Source: Eledone cirrhosa
Taxonomy: Eukaryota
Direction: 5' to 3'
Assembly (NCBI GenBank): GCA_964016885.1
Contig: OZ024744.1
Location: 35,836,001-35,900,000 of the forward strand
DNA length: 64,000 nt
Shown: positions 63,590 through 64,000 of the stretch, piece after piece
Position numbering within the stretch: the stretch's first letter is position 1
Layout of the letters: every line of letters starts with the position of its first letter
The notes under the pieces: model-generated
What the model was told of the DNA's origin: nothing
Database searches by the model: none
Seen by the model: only the letters and a program-made list of their open reading frames with translations
Program-made: the position numbers and the translations under genes

Positions 63590-63770
63590 TATTTCACGTT
63601 GCTCCAGTATACTCAGCTGAAAAAAAAATGAGTACCAACAATAGCTGGGAGTTCAGCCTGCGATGGACTGGCGTCTTGTCCAGGGTGGAGTATTGTACTC
63701 TCAGTCGCTTAATTCCATGGAAACCGGGATAAGCACCAGCCTGATCAGCCTCCGGACACGAGACAGACTT
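63590..63770 (+). mobile_element. SINE body with V-domain-like sequence
   Basis: AATGAGTACC...GCCTGCGATGGACTGGCGTCTTGTCCAGGGTGG...GAAACCGGGATAAGC resembles the V-SINE central domain. Confidence 0.55.
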
Positions 63771-64000
63771 TAGACTTTAGATTTAAAATGTCGATAACGC
63801 ACAGAATTTCATTATTTGGTTTCTTGTTAAATATTGTAGTTTTATATCTACTTTCGAGAGAAAGTTTCATACACAAAATAATCTGTTTAAAAGATTTCTC
63901 TAAGGTTACATTTTAGTTGTTTACACTCTTCACTTTCTTAGTTATTTGTAGGCCTATTATCATTGTCGGTATTTCGATATTGATGGTCAACGCCACAGCG

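Overview
Eukaryotic, AT-rich, microsatellite-dense DNA made up almost entirely of transposable elements. No host protein-coding gene is recognisable. The tRNA-derived SINEs and repeat style suggest a cephalopod such as Octopus (inference). Contents: two families of Tx1/L1-type LINEs, each in head-to-tail pairs within its own microsatellite ((TTA)n and (TCTA)n); two R4/Dong-type RLE families and bipartite non-autonomous RTE elements clustered in (TATG/CATA)n; a decayed CR1-type LINE; a CRE 3' fragment; several Penelope-like (GIY-YIG) elements; about ten intact or decayed hammerhead ribozyme motifs; a hAT (hATm-like) transposon with an 8-bp TSD; foldback/MITE elements; and SINEs. The most striking observation is that both Tx1 families carry a 53-54 nt GTAAGT...YAG intron-like segment spanning the ORF1 stop and ORF2 start. 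Removing it would fuse ORF1 to ORF2 in frame. All calls were made by eye and boundaries are approximate unless stated.
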